Source of the DNA: an uncultured Erysipelotrichaceae bacterium
GTDB taxonomy: Bacteria > Bacillota_I > Bacilli_A > RFN20 > CAG-826
Direction of reading: 5' to 3'
Assembly (NCBI GenBank): GCA_900315885.1
Contig: ONAT01000004.1
Coordinates: 32,580 to 96,579, forward strand
DNA: 64,000 nucleotides
Below are positions 46,747 through 56,718 of this stretch, in pieces. Position 1 is the stretch's first letter. Every line of letters starts with the position of its first letter. The notes under the pieces are model-generated. The model was not told the origin of the DNA. It searched no databases and saw only the letters and a program-made list of their open reading frames with translations. Position numbers and translations under genes: made by a program.

Positions 46747-49314
46747 ATGCACTATAACGAAAGCGTAGAAAAGGTACTGAATGACACTGGTAGTGGATTT
46801 ATAGGATTAAAAGAAGAAGAGGCAAAAAGACGTTTTGATAAGAGTAAACCTAATGAAATTAGGCATACTGAAAAAACGACACTGTTTAAAATTATTCTTA
46901 ATCAAATCAAAGATGCAATGGTTATTATTCTTTTAATCGCAAGTATCTTATCTTTTTTATTACATGATTATTTGGAAGGTATCGTAATTATTATTATTGT
47001 TTTTATAGATACGATTATTGGCGTATTACAAGAATATAAAGCTGAAACAGCTATTGAATCCTTAAAACAATTAGCGCCGAATTATTCTTATGTAATACGT
47101 GATAATAAAATAAGAAAAATATTAAGTAGAGAAGTTGTAGTGGGTGATATTGTAGTTTTAGATGAAGGTAATTTAGTACCTGCAGATTTAAGACTAATAT
47201 CTTCAACTGGTTTAAGAGTCACAGAATCATCACTTACAGGTGAGGCTTTAGCGGTTAATAAGACTAGTGAAGTCGTTTTAAAAGATGGAACTCCATTAGG
47301 AGATCGAGTTAACATGGCTTTTTCTTCTTCGCTTGTAACATATGGGCATGGTTTAGGTGTAGTTGTAGCTATAGGTATGGATACAGAGGTTGGTAAAATC
47401 GCTCACATCCTTTCACATCAAAACAAATTTAAAACGCCTCTTAAAACTAAATTAGAGGATATAGGAAAAAAATTATCTTTAATTGGTATCTTTATTTGTT
47501 TCTTTATTTTTACAATCGGTATTATTAATGGTTTATCATGGGAACCATTAATGATGACATCTATTGCTTTAGCAATCTCAATAATTCCTGAAGGATTACC
47601 AGCAACTGCGACAATTGTTTTAGCGATTGGTGTGGAGCGGATGGCGAAAAAGCAAGTTTTAGTACGTAAATTACCATCCGTAGAAACATTAGGCTCAACT
47701 TCTATTATATGTTCAGATAAAACAGGAACTTTGACACAAAACAAGATGAATGTAATTGATGTTGTTTCAGGAAATAAAGAAGAACTATATAATTGTATTG
47801 CTTTAGCTAATAACGCTAAATACCAAGATGATAAATATATTGGTGATCCAACAGAAGTTGCTTTAGCTTCTTTTATTAAAGATAATTATCTTAAAATAAA
47901 TGAAAAATATTCACGCATAAAAGAAATTCCCTTTGATTCCAAAAGAAAAAAAATGACAGTAATTATAAAAAAACAAGGCGGATATGATGCATATTCTAAA
48001 GGGGCAATTGAAGAATTGTTAAATCACGCGAACAAAGAATATGTTAATAATAGGGCTATTCCTTTAACAAGTGCTAGAAAAAAAGAATTAATCGCACAAA
48101 GTGAAAAATATTCTCTTAAAGCGTGTCGTGTTATGACGTTTACCAAAAAAGAGAATGTTAATCCTTTAGATAATAATATTGAAGATGATGTGATATTTAT
48201 TGGTATGGTTTCAATGTTTGATCCACCGAAAGAAGACGTGAAAAAAGTTTTAGAAAGAACAAAAAAATCAGGAATTAAGACAGTTATTATGACAGGAGAC
48301 CATCCTTTGACCGCGGAAAGTATCGCACGTCAAATTGGTATATATGAAAGTCCAGCTTTAACAGGCTATGATTTAACAAATATTGATGATAGTCAATTAG
48401 CCTCGTTAGTAAAAAAACACAACATTTTTGCACGTGTTTCTCCCTATGATAAGTTACGTATTATCAAAGCCTATAAACAAAACAATGAAGTTGTGGCAAT
48501 GATTGGTGATGGTGTTAATGACGCACCAGCGCTTAAGACATCTGATTTAGGCATTGCTATGGGGAAAAACGGCACAGATGTTGCTAAAGAAGCTTCGGAT
48601 ATGATTTTGCTTGATGATAATTTTTCTTCTTTGGTGGATGCGATATTTGAAGGACGTAAAGTGTTTAAAAACATTCAAAAGGTAATTCAATTTCTTCTTG
48701 CGGGAAATGTGGGAGAAATTCTTACTCTTTTAATTGCCATAACATTAGGATTTAGATTTATGCCTCTTAGCGCTGTACAAATTTTATGGATTAATCTTGC
48801 TACAGATACTTTACCTGCTTTAGCCTTAGGAGTAGACCCAATTAACTCAGAAATTCTTAATGAAAAACCTAAAAAACGAGATAGTTTTATGGACAAAGCA
48901 CTAATAAAAAGAGTTATTTGTAATGGATTAGTTATGGCACTTTTAACAATTACTGCTTATTTAATTGGCTATAAAAGAAGTTTGTATTTAGGAAAAACTT
49001 TTGATGTTTCTAATGCAATAGGACAGACAATGGCACTTTGTGTTTTAGCTTTTTCACAATTAATTCACGCTTTTAACCAGCGCTCAAATAAAGATTCTAT
49101 TTTCTCCGCTAAAATGGTTATGAATAAATATCTAGTCTTAGCATTAGTAATTTCATTTGGACTTATCTTTGCTATTTTATTTATTCCTTTTTTTCAAAAT
49201 ATCTTTAATTTCACGAATTTAGACTTAAGTGAGTGGCTAATTGTTATTTCATTTTCCTTTTTTATAATGTTTATCAATGAATTATTTAAACTTTTTAGGT
49301 ATCATAAGCGATAA
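46747..49314 (+). CDS. P-type cation-transporting ATPase (P2/Ca2+-ATPase-like)
   Basis: TGE-type actuator motif (SLTGEA), IIPEGLPA, phosphorylation site CSDKTGTLTQN, TGDHPLTA, GDGVNDAPALK. 855 aa. Confidence 0.9.
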   Translation: MHYNESVEKVLNDTGSGFIGLKEEEAKRRFDKSKPNEIRHTEKTTLFKIILNQIKDAMVIILLIASILSFLLHDYLEGIVIIIIVFIDTIIGVLQEYKAETAIESLKQLAPNYSYVIRDNKIRKILSREVVVGDIVVLDEGNLVPADLRLISSTGLRVTESSLTGEALAVNKTSEVVLKDGTPLGDRVNMAFSSSLVTYGHGLGVVVAIGMDTEVGKIAHILSHQNKFKTPLKTKLEDIGKKLSLIGIFICFFIFTIGIINGLSWEPLMMTSIALAISIIPEGLPATATIVLAIGVERMAKKQVLVRKLPSVETLGSTSIICSDKTGTLTQNKMNVIDVVSGNKEELYNCIALANNAKYQDDKYIGDPTEVALASFIKDNYLKINEKYSRIKEIPFDSKRKKMTVIIKKQGGYDAYSKGAIEELLNHANKEYVNNRAIPLTSARKKELIAQSEKYSLKACRVMTFTKKENVNPLDNNIEDDVIFIGMVSMFDPPKEDVKKVLERTKKSGIKTVIMTGDHPLTAESIARQIGIYESPALTGYDLTNIDDSQLASLVKKHNIFARVSPYDKLRIIKAYKQNNEVVAMIGDGVNDAPALKTSDLGIAMGKNGTDVAKEASDMILLDDNFSSLVDAIFEGRKVFKNIQKVIQFLLAGNVGEILTLLIAITLGFRFMPLSAVQILWINLATDTLPALALGVDPINSEILNEKPKKRDSFMDKALIKRVICNGLVMALLTITAYLIGYKRSLYLGKTFDVSNAIGQTMALCVLAFSQLIHAFNQRSNKDSIFSAKMVMNKYLVLALVISFGLIFAILFIPFFQNIFNFTNLDLSEWLIVISFSFFIMFINELFKLFRYHKR

Positions 49315-49365
49315 AAAGTATTATACTTTCTTATTGGTAAATACTAGTAAAGAAAGGGTTATACT

Positions 49366-50754
49366 ATGACAAGTGATAAATACGACGTGATGGTTAATAG
49401 TAAAATTAAACCATTAATTCTAAAACTATCAATTCCAACGATTATTTCCATGCTTATAACGGCGATTTATAATTTCGCGGATACTTTCTTTGTAAGTGGT
49501 GTAGAACACTCTAAAGAAGCTATAAGCGCCGTAGGAGTAGTTTTCTCTTTTATGGCAATAATTCAAGCGATTGGTTACTTTTTTGGTCATGGTACAGGTC
49601 ATTATATTGCCCGTTTAATAGGTGAAAGAAATTATGATAAAGCAAAAACTATTGTCACGGATGGAGTAGTGCTTTCTTTTGCTTTTGGTGTTATTTTAAT
49701 GATTTTAGGCTTAATATTTATTACACCTTTAACCAAATTCTTAACTGCGAACAAAAATGAGTATGTTTTTCTTTATTCTAAAGATTATTTGTTTTGGATA
49801 TTGCTTGGTGCACCTTTTATGTGTACTTCAAATACTTTAAATAATCAAATGCGTTATCAAGGCAATGCTTTCTTTGCAATGATAGGAATAAGTGTAGGAG
49901 CGGTCTTAAATATTTTCCTTGATCCTTTATTTATTAAACAATTCGGAGTTTATGGAGCAGGTTTATCAACATTTATTAGTCAAGTTATTAGTTTTGCTTT
50001 GCTAGTAGGTGGCACGATGACAAAATATAACATTAGCATTGATTTTAAATCGTTTAAAATTGATAAAAAAATCATTGGTATTATTTTTAATGGAGGTGTT
50101 CCATCTTTAGCAAGACAAGGATTAAACGCTGTATCAATTACTATTTTGAATTTAGTTTCAATTCATTATTCAATAGATGCTTTATCAGCGATGACCGTGG
50201 TAAATCGTATCATGTCATTTGCTATATCAGTTACATTAGGTATTGGTCAAGGATTTCAACCTGTGTGTGGTGTTAATTACGGCGCTAAAAGATATGATAG
50301 AGTTAAAGAAGGTTATTATTTTACAATTTTCTTATGTGTCATAACTCTTATCGTATTTGCGTTAATTAGTATTTTTGCTGGTGAACAATTAATTAAATTA
50401 TTCGCAAACGGAAATGAAAATCTTGAAAATTATGATGATTTTATTGCAATTGGTAAAGAACTGCTATTATTTCAATCAATTGCTATTCCATTATTTGGAT
50501 TTAATACTGCTACAAATATGTTGCTTCAAACAACAGGTAAATCATTTAGGGCAACAATTCTTGCAATTGGAAGACAAGCCTTATTCTTTATACCAGTACT
50601 TTTGTTATTTGACAAACTTTGGGGTTTTAAAGGCGTAGAATTATCGCAAATGGTCGCAGATATCATTTGCTTTATAGTTGCAATTCCTTTGGCAATATCT
50701 TTCTTTAAAGAGATTTATAAAGAGACAACAAAAAACAGCGTAGCTACTAACTGA
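49366..50754 (+). CDS. MATE family efflux transporter
   Basis: 462 aa, 12 hydrophobic segments, N-terminal PTIISMLITAIYNFADTFFVS pattern. Confidence 0.85.
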   Translation: MTSDKYDVMVNSKIKPLILKLSIPTIISMLITAIYNFADTFFVSGVEHSKEAISAVGVVFSFMAIIQAIGYFFGHGTGHYIARLIGERNYDKAKTIVTDGVVLSFAFGVILMILGLIFITPLTKFLTANKNEYVFLYSKDYLFWILLGAPFMCTSNTLNNQMRYQGNAFFAMIGISVGAVLNIFLDPLFIKQFGVYGAGLSTFISQVISFALLVGGTMTKYNISIDFKSFKIDKKIIGIIFNGGVPSLARQGLNAVSITILNLVSIHYSIDALSAMTVVNRIMSFAISVTLGIGQGFQPVCGVNYGAKRYDRVKEGYYFTIFLCVITLIVFALISIFAGEQLIKLFANGNENLENYDDFIAIGKELLLFQSIAIPLFGFNTATNMLLQTTGKSFRATILAIGRQALFFIPVLLLFDKLWGFKGVELSQMVADIICFIVAIPLAISFFKEIYKETTKNSVATN

Positions 50755-50772
50755 GTTACGCTGTTTAATTTT
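50733..50772. terminator. Bidirectional terminator between convergent genes
   Basis: AACAGCGTA / TACGCTGTT hairpin enclosing the MATE stop codon, followed by TAATTTTT. Confidence 0.65.
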
Positions 50773-50779
50773 TAATTAT

Positions 50780-51895
50780 TTATTTCTTTGCGATAGCTAG
50801 TGAACCATCAACAAGTCGATTAGATGTTTCTTTATCAAAGAGAATAATTCCGTTTCCTTTGAAGTCGAAGTGTACTTTTTCATCGACTGCGTAGTCAATA
50901 ATACCGAATACAACTGATGTTAAGATATCATCATTAACATTGATTTTTACAGTTGTTTCCATACCAGCAGGCAATGTTGAATAAACTTTTGCTTTAATAC
51001 CTTTTTTAGCGATTTCAATGTATTCTGGTCTGACACCTAATACGACATTTTCACTTGGCAACTCAAAGTCTTCGTTTGGTGTAAATATTGTTTCAACACC
51101 AGCAAAGATAACTGAATATGTTCCATCTTCACGTTTTGTGGCTTTAGCGTCAATAAAGTTCATAGCAGGATTTCCAACGAAATCAGCAACAAACAAATTA
51201 TTAGGCTTAGCATAAACGGTTAGAGGTGGATCGTATTGTTGTAAGATACCATTTTTCATTAAGCAAACTTCAGTTGCAAGAGTCATAGCTTCTAGTTGAT
51301 CGTGAGTGACGTATACAAATGTTGAATTGGTTTCATTATGTAGACGTTTTAATTCAGTTCTCATTTCTAGACGTAACTTTGCATCAAGGTTACTTAATGG
51401 TTCATCCATGAATAATACTTTTGGATTTGGTGCTAAAGTTCTTGCGATTGCAACACGTTGTTGTTGACCACCAGATAATTCACTTGGATAACGAGCAACG
51501 AATTCTTCAATTTTTAACATTTTTAATAATTCGTCTACTCTTTTTTTGATGTCTTCTTTTTTCCATTTTAAGTTTTCTAGACCGAAAGCAATGTTTTGAT
51601 AAACTGTCATATGTGGCCATAGAGCGTAGTTTTGGAATAAGAATCCGACATTTCTTTTAGCTGGAGAGATATTGATTCCTTTTTCTGAATCAAATACGGT
51701 AACTCCATCAATAATAATTCGTCCTGATGTAGGTGTTTCAAGACCTGCAATCATACGTAAAGTTGTTGTTTTACCACAACCAGATGGGCCTAATAATGTG
51801 ACGAATCCACGATCTTTAATAACCATGTTTAGATTATCAACACCGACGAATTTACCCCATCTTTTTGTAACATTTTCTAAAATAATTTCAGGCAT
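50780..51895 (-). CDS. ABC importer ATP-binding protein (MalK/PotA/FbpC-like with C-terminal regulatory domain)
   Basis: GPSGCGKTT, LSGGQQQRVAIAR, LFMDEPLSNLD. Confidence 0.9.
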   Translation of the reverse strand: MPEIILENVTKRWGKFVGVDNLNMVIKDRGFVTLLGPSGCGKTTTLRMIAGLETPTSGRIIIDGVTVFDSEKGINISPAKRNVGFLFQNYALWPHMTVYQNIAFGLENLKWKKEDIKKRVDELLKMLKIEEFVARYPSELSGGQQQRVAIARTLAPNPKVLFMDEPLSNLDAKLRLEMRTELKRLHNETNSTFVYVTHDQLEAMTLATEVCLMKNGILQQYDPPLTVYAKPNNLFVADFVGNPAMNFIDAKATKREDGTYSVIFAGVETIFTPNEDFELPSENVVLGVRPEYIEIAKKGIKAKVYSTLPAGMETTVKINVNDDILTSVVFGIIDYAVDEKVHFDFKGNGIILFDKETSNRLVDGSLAIAKK

Positions 51896-51899
51896 ATTT

Positions 51900-53780
51900 C
51901 TAACCTCCTACACCTTTATCAATAGAAGCACCAGTTAGTTTATTAACAAGCAAGTTAATAGCTAAGACTGATACAATAATAATCAAGTTAATACCATTAC
52001 TAATTTGTGTACAATCGTATTTCTCGTAGTTTTCAAGAACTGCAGTAAGGATTGTACCTGATCCTGTTAACAAGACGAATAATGTTAATTCACGCATACA
52101 TGATACGAATGGTAACAAGTATCCAGAAATAAAGCTTGATTTTTGAATCGGGAATAATACACGTGTCATACGTTTCCACCATGGGACACCAACGATAACA
52201 GCAGCTTCTTCAATTTCATTTGATAGTTGTAACATTGCGTTTGTTCCTGATCTTGACGCGAATGGTAAGAACTTAACAGAACCAACGATGATGAGAAGTA
52301 GCAATGAACCGTTTAAGAATCCAAATGTTGGAGTGTATGAAATAATGAGATATATCGTAGCAAATGACATTGCTGGGATAAGGTAAGGTAAGAAAGCAAC
52401 GTTACTTACAAAGTTTGCTAACTTACTACCACGTCTTTTTGCAGTACCATAACCGATTAAAATACCACATGTTCCAGCAATTAATGCACATGCTCCAGAA
52501 AGAAGTAATGAATTGAGGAACGCAGACCATATTTCTTTGTTATGTAAGATACCAACGGAGTTTTGAATATAAGTATTAGTAACTTCAGTTGTTGTCCAAT
52601 AGTATGTTGTAAATGTTGAATAGTTTCCAGAAACTTCTAAGAATGATTCGAGTGCAAATGATATAAGTGGAACAATTGCAAAGAAAGCAGCATAGAAAAT
52701 TACGAGTGCAGTAATAACTGGTTTTCCAACTTTTCCAAGTTTTACAAGCGATACTTGAGAAGATTTACCAGTAACTGTGGTAAAAGATCTTCTACTATTT
52801 GTAACAAATTGGTTAATCATCAAGATAATAATACTAAATAGCATTAAGATTGTTGCTAATACATAGCCTTGACCTTTGTACTGAGGAGAACTAATAAGTT
52901 GTCTCATTTTTAAGGATAAAGTTATTAGTCCACCTTTTGTTCCTAAGAATGCAGGAACAGTATAACTACTTACCGAACTAGCAAATACGAGCAAGACTGT
53001 TGATAATAATGCCGGCATTACAATTGGCAAAGTAATTCGATATAAAATTTTGAATCGAGAAGCTTTTAAGATAGTTGCAGCTTCTTCGAGGTTTGCATCC
53101 ATATTACGTAAAATACCACCGATTAAGATGTACGCAAATGGAGCATAGTGTATTCCTAAACAAATAGCACAAGGCCAGAAGCCATAAACAAGGTTAGCAG
53201 GTGTAATTATGCCAGTCAGTGACTGGAGCATACCCATTTGAGCTTGAATACCTTCGAGACCGGTGTTCTTGAAGAAGTTCTCCCAGAACATAGCAATAGA
53301 CCAAGATGGCATGATATAAGGGAATACGAATACTAATGAAATAAATTTTTTGGCAGGGAAGTCAGATCTAGTAATTAACCATGCGATTCCACCACCGATA
53401 CATACAGAAATAATACAAGCGACAATAGCCATTAAAACAGAGTTTTTGAGAGGCAAATAGAATGCATTAACAGCATAATTGAATTTTTTCTCAGAAAATA
53501 TTTTGGCCCAGTGATCAAGTGTAAGTGCTCCTACGTCGCCTAAACGCTCTTCACCGATATGGATTGTAACTGTATTGTATAATAAGTAAACGAGAGGGAT
53601 AAGAACTGTAATAGCAAGGATAATAGCGAATACCACTAATATGATATTAGATGGTTTAGAAAAATAACTTTTTAGAGAATTTAGTATTTTTCCAAAAGTT
53701 GATAAAGACTTTTTTTCGTTATTCTCGTTATTATTAGAGCTGTTATTTTGATTCTCGTTTAGAGGTAATGTTTCATCCAT
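51900..53780 (-). CDS. ABC importer permease, duplicated (two fused transmembrane domains)
   Basis: 626 aa, about 12 TM segments. The size and duplication resemble Fe(III)/thiamine/AEP-type fused permeases. Confidence 0.8.
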   Translation of the reverse strand: MDETLPLNENQNNSSNNNENNEKKSLSTFGKILNSLKSYFSKPSNIILVVFAIILAITVLIPLVYLLYNTVTIHIGEERLGDVGALTLDHWAKIFSEKKFNYAVNAFYLPLKNSVLMAIVACIISVCIGGGIAWLITRSDFPAKKFISLVFVFPYIMPSWSIAMFWENFFKNTGLEGIQAQMGMLQSLTGIITPANLVYGFWPCAICLGIHYAPFAYILIGGILRNMDANLEEAATILKASRFKILYRITLPIVMPALLSTVLLVFASSVSSYTVPAFLGTKGGLITLSLKMRQLISSPQYKGQGYVLATILMLFSIIILMINQFVTNSRRSFTTVTGKSSQVSLVKLGKVGKPVITALVIFYAAFFAIVPLISFALESFLEVSGNYSTFTTYYWTTTEVTNTYIQNSVGILHNKEIWSAFLNSLLLSGACALIAGTCGILIGYGTAKRRGSKLANFVSNVAFLPYLIPAMSFATIYLIISYTPTFGFLNGSLLLLIIVGSVKFLPFASRSGTNAMLQLSNEIEEAAVIVGVPWWKRMTRVLFPIQKSSFISGYLLPFVSCMRELTLFVLLTGSGTILTAVLENYEKYDCTQISNGINLIIIVSVLAINLLVNKLTGASIDKGVGG

Positions 53781-53803
53781 TTTTTAGCTCCTTATAAATA
53801 AAG

Positions 53804-53835
53804 GGTGTAGTAAACCACGTTTAGCCTACTACACC
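53804..53835 (-). terminator. Intercistronic hairpin between the binding-protein and permease genes
   Basis: GGTGTAGTA / TACTACACC 9-bp stem. On the minus strand it is followed by CTTTATTTA. It may act as an attenuator or mRNA stabiliser. Confidence 0.45.
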
Positions 53836-53850
53836 ACATTAATAAATTAA

Positions 53851-55104
53851 TTATTTATGTTCGTATTGTGAAACAAACATTGAAACGTCTTCGTAGTTAG
53901 CAGCGACTATTTCAGGATTTTCAATAACTAAACGATCTTTCCACCAAGCTAATTCTTTATCGTTTGATGCGATAGATGTTGTTTTATTTGTTGAATAGTA
54001 TCCTGCTTTTGTGCCCCAAGCATTTTCAAATCCTGCTTTAGATGTGATGTAGCTTACTAATGCACAAGCTGCATATGGATATTTAGCATTTGCTGCGACC
54101 ATTGAGTACATCTTGTAGCAGAATCCAGCAAAGCCATTGACTTTTTCATTTGTTGCATCTAATTCGATTGCTGGGAGGCTTAAGTTTTGAACTTTTTCTT
54201 TACCAAAATCGCCTTCGGTTGTATCTTTTAATTCTTTAATCTTGTTGTAGTTAACAAGTGCCATTGAACCTGTTTTACCTTTTGCTGCATCTTTACAAGC
54301 AGTTCCATCAGATGAGTGAGCTTGTGAATTTGTTAAGAATTCTGCAATCCATTTATAACCAATGTTTGGATAATCTTTTTCTGCAGTATATTTCTTACCA
54401 TAGAATGCTTCATAAGCTGTTTCGAGTTTTGCAACCCATTCATCAGATGTTAACATTGCTAAGAAGTTCATATTAACGTTTTCTGTTGAAGGTGTTTTAA
54501 ATGATGGAGTTGCAATGTGGCCTTTGTCTGAAGCCTTACCTGCGACTTGCCATACGTTTGTCATGTATTTCTTTAATGAATGTGAATCTGAAGCATCATT
54601 ATTGTTGTACATGAATACTTTGTTTAGATAGACAGCTGCCATAGGTACTGTATCATCATCAGCGATAGTGTCTGCAGCTTCTTTTGGAATGAAGTTTTGG
54701 AGATATCCAGGTTTTAGCATTGTGCTTTGTAACATATTGCCATCTTGGAGTAAAACCATATCAGCAACATATTGTTTTGCTTGGAATGCGGCGGATAATT
54801 TGCTATATAAAGCAGCGTCTCCACTCTTTTCGTTTTCAACTTTAATTCCAGTTTCTTCTGTGAATTTTGTTAAAGCAGTAACTAATTGTGATGAGTTACC
54901 CATAACTTTGACAGTGTTTGCGCCTACTTCTTCTTTAGCTTTTGCAATGAGTTGTTCGTAAGTCATTTCGTGAGCTAATTCAACTACTGTAGGTTCCTTT
55001 GTTTCTGAAGTCCCACCATTGCTGGTTGATGGTTTTGTTCCACCATTACAACCTGCAAGTAGCATCGCTACTAAGACAAAAGGAAGTGTGTTTTTCTTTT
55101 TCAT
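53851..55104 (-). CDS. ABC importer substrate-binding lipoprotein
   Basis: Lipobox signal MKKKNTLPFVLVAMLLAGC. 417 aa. First gene of the operon, with a GGAGGAA RBS. Confidence 0.85.
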   Translation of the reverse strand: MKKKNTLPFVLVAMLLAGCNGGTKPSTSNGGTSETKEPTVVELAHEMTYEQLIAKAKEEVGANTVKVMGNSSQLVTALTKFTEETGIKVENEKSGDAALYSKLSAAFQAKQYVADMVLLQDGNMLQSTMLKPGYLQNFIPKEAADTIADDDTVPMAAVYLNKVFMYNNNDASDSHSLKKYMTNVWQVAGKASDKGHIATPSFKTPSTENVNMNFLAMLTSDEWVAKLETAYEAFYGKKYTAEKDYPNIGYKWIAEFLTNSQAHSSDGTACKDAAKGKTGSMALVNYNKIKELKDTTEGDFGKEKVQNLSLPAIELDATNEKVNGFAGFCYKMYSMVAANAKYPYAACALVSYITSKAGFENAWGTKAGYYSTNKTTSIASNDKELAWWKDRLVIENPEIVAANYEDVSMFVSQYEHK

Positions 55105-55109
55105 TTTTA

Positions 55110-55916
55110 TTCCTCCTCTATGTTTTTAATGTTTGGAATCTCGAATGGATTTCGGCAGTCTTGGATGAGTGTCAAGAATTACAAACACCTGTAATTTTGG
55201 GTGTTTCGCAAAATGGTGCTAAATATATGGGTGGCTATTATGTAGTTACTCAACTTATTAAGGCGTATATAATAAAGAACAATATTACAATACCAGTTGC
55301 TATTCATCTTGATCACGCCGCAACTTTTGAAACTTGTAAAGAAGCAATTGATGAAGGATTTACTTCGGTTATGATTGATGCATCAAAGATGCCTCTAGAA
55401 GAAAATATTGCTACTACTAAAAAAGTAGTAGATTATGCACACTCAAGAGGCATTAGTGTCGAATCAGAATTAGGCAGAATTGGTGGCAAAGAAGATTTAG
55501 TCGTTGCTGAATCTTGTTATGCAGTCAAAGAAGAGTGTCTTCAAATGGTAAAAGAGACAAATATTGATTGCTTAGCACCTGCTCTTGGCTCACAACATGG
55601 TATCTATAAAGGAAAACCAAAATTAGGATTTAAACAAATGGAAGAAATTCATAATTTGGTTGGTATTCCTTTAGTCCTTCACGGGGGATCTGGTATTCCT
55701 GATGATCAAATAAGAAGAGCAATTTCTTTAGGAACAGCGAAAATTAATGTTAATACTGATTGCCTTTGTGCTTGGGTGAAAATCTTACATGAAGAAATTA
55801 AAAATAATCCGAATGAAATTGATCCACGTAAATTAATTGGACCAGGTAAACAAGGAATTAAAGATGTCATCAAAAACAGATGTGAGGTTTTTGGCTCCAT
55901 TGGAAAGGCTAATTAA
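55110..55916 (+). pseudogene. fba: Class II fructose-1,6-bisphosphate aldolase missing about 20 N-terminal codons
   Basis: Homology starts at FNVWNLEW... (about 55125) and runs to the normal C-terminus, through PVILGVS, HLDH, VMIDAS, LVLHGGSG and GTAKINVNT. No ATG, GTG or TTG start lies between the divergent gene start (55104) and the homologous region. The listed ATG 54999 lies inside the opposite-strand gene. Confidence 0.55.
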
Positions 55917-55920
55917 ATAA

Positions 55921-56661
55921 ATGATTAAGAGATCATTATATGAAAATTTAAGTGATAAGTTCTCGGTTTGGAAAAGGTTTTTGATATTCTTAATTGATGG
56001 AATAACTACGGTAGGAATAACTTTAACGTTGTTTTTAACTATATGTAATTATTCAATTTCTGCTTTAGCAAAAACTCAAATTAACAATATAAATGTAATT
56101 ATGCAAGAGGTGTGTAGCGAGAAATCAGTTCCTTATAAAGAAGGAAGATATGGTTTATACCGTGTAGATACCGATAAATACATACAATTGTTAGAAGAAA
56201 GTGGAATGGCTGGAGATAAAGCCGTTGAAGAAGGCTATAACATAGTTGAGAAAATTGATGATTTAGTTGTGGCTAATAAAAACTACAAAGATAACTATCA
56301 TAAATTCCGTCAAATATATTTAGTAAATTTTATTGCTTGCTTATCTATTAGCACTATCATATTTCAATTAGTGATTCCTTTAACTAATAAAAATCGTCGA
56401 ACTTTAGGAATGATGACTTGCAGAGCATCTTTGGTGGATGCTGAAAATATTATAGTTGATAATAAAATGGCTTTCTTTAGATTTGGAGTTATTCTTATTC
56501 TTGAATTAGTGACAGTGTACCTTATAATTGGATGGCTAGGAATAATCTTTGAAGCATTTATTTCAATCTTTATAATCTCAATAACTAATAGGCGTTTAAC
56601 GATACATGATGCCTTATTGAGAACTAAAATAATAGACTCTAGTAAAGCCTTCACAGAATAA
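55921..56661 (+). CDS. RDD family membrane protein
   Basis: TM segments and NRRTLGMMTCRASLVD, resembling the RDD motif region. Confidence 0.55.
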   Translation: MIKRSLYENLSDKFSVWKRFLIFLIDGITTVGITLTLFLTICNYSISALAKTQINNINVIMQEVCSEKSVPYKEGRYGLYRVDTDKYIQLLEESGMAGDKAVEEGYNIVEKIDDLVVANKNYKDNYHKFRQIYLVNFIACLSISTIIFQLVIPLTNKNRRTLGMMTCRASLVDAENIIVDNKMAFFRFGVILILELVTVYLIIGWLGIIFEAFISIFIISITNRRLTIHDALLRTKIIDSSKAFTE

Positions 56662-56718
56662 TTTCTTTTATATTTTTCCTAAAAATAGTATAATTACAAC
56701 AACTTAAGGAGATTATTT

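Noticed and set aside
54999-55109. ATG-initiated N-terminal extension of the aldolase ORF (MFLKSHHCWLMVLFHHYNLQ...).
   Set aside because: It runs antisense through the first 106 nt of the well-supported lipoprotein gene and has no aldolase homology. It is an artefact of open frame, not the real start.
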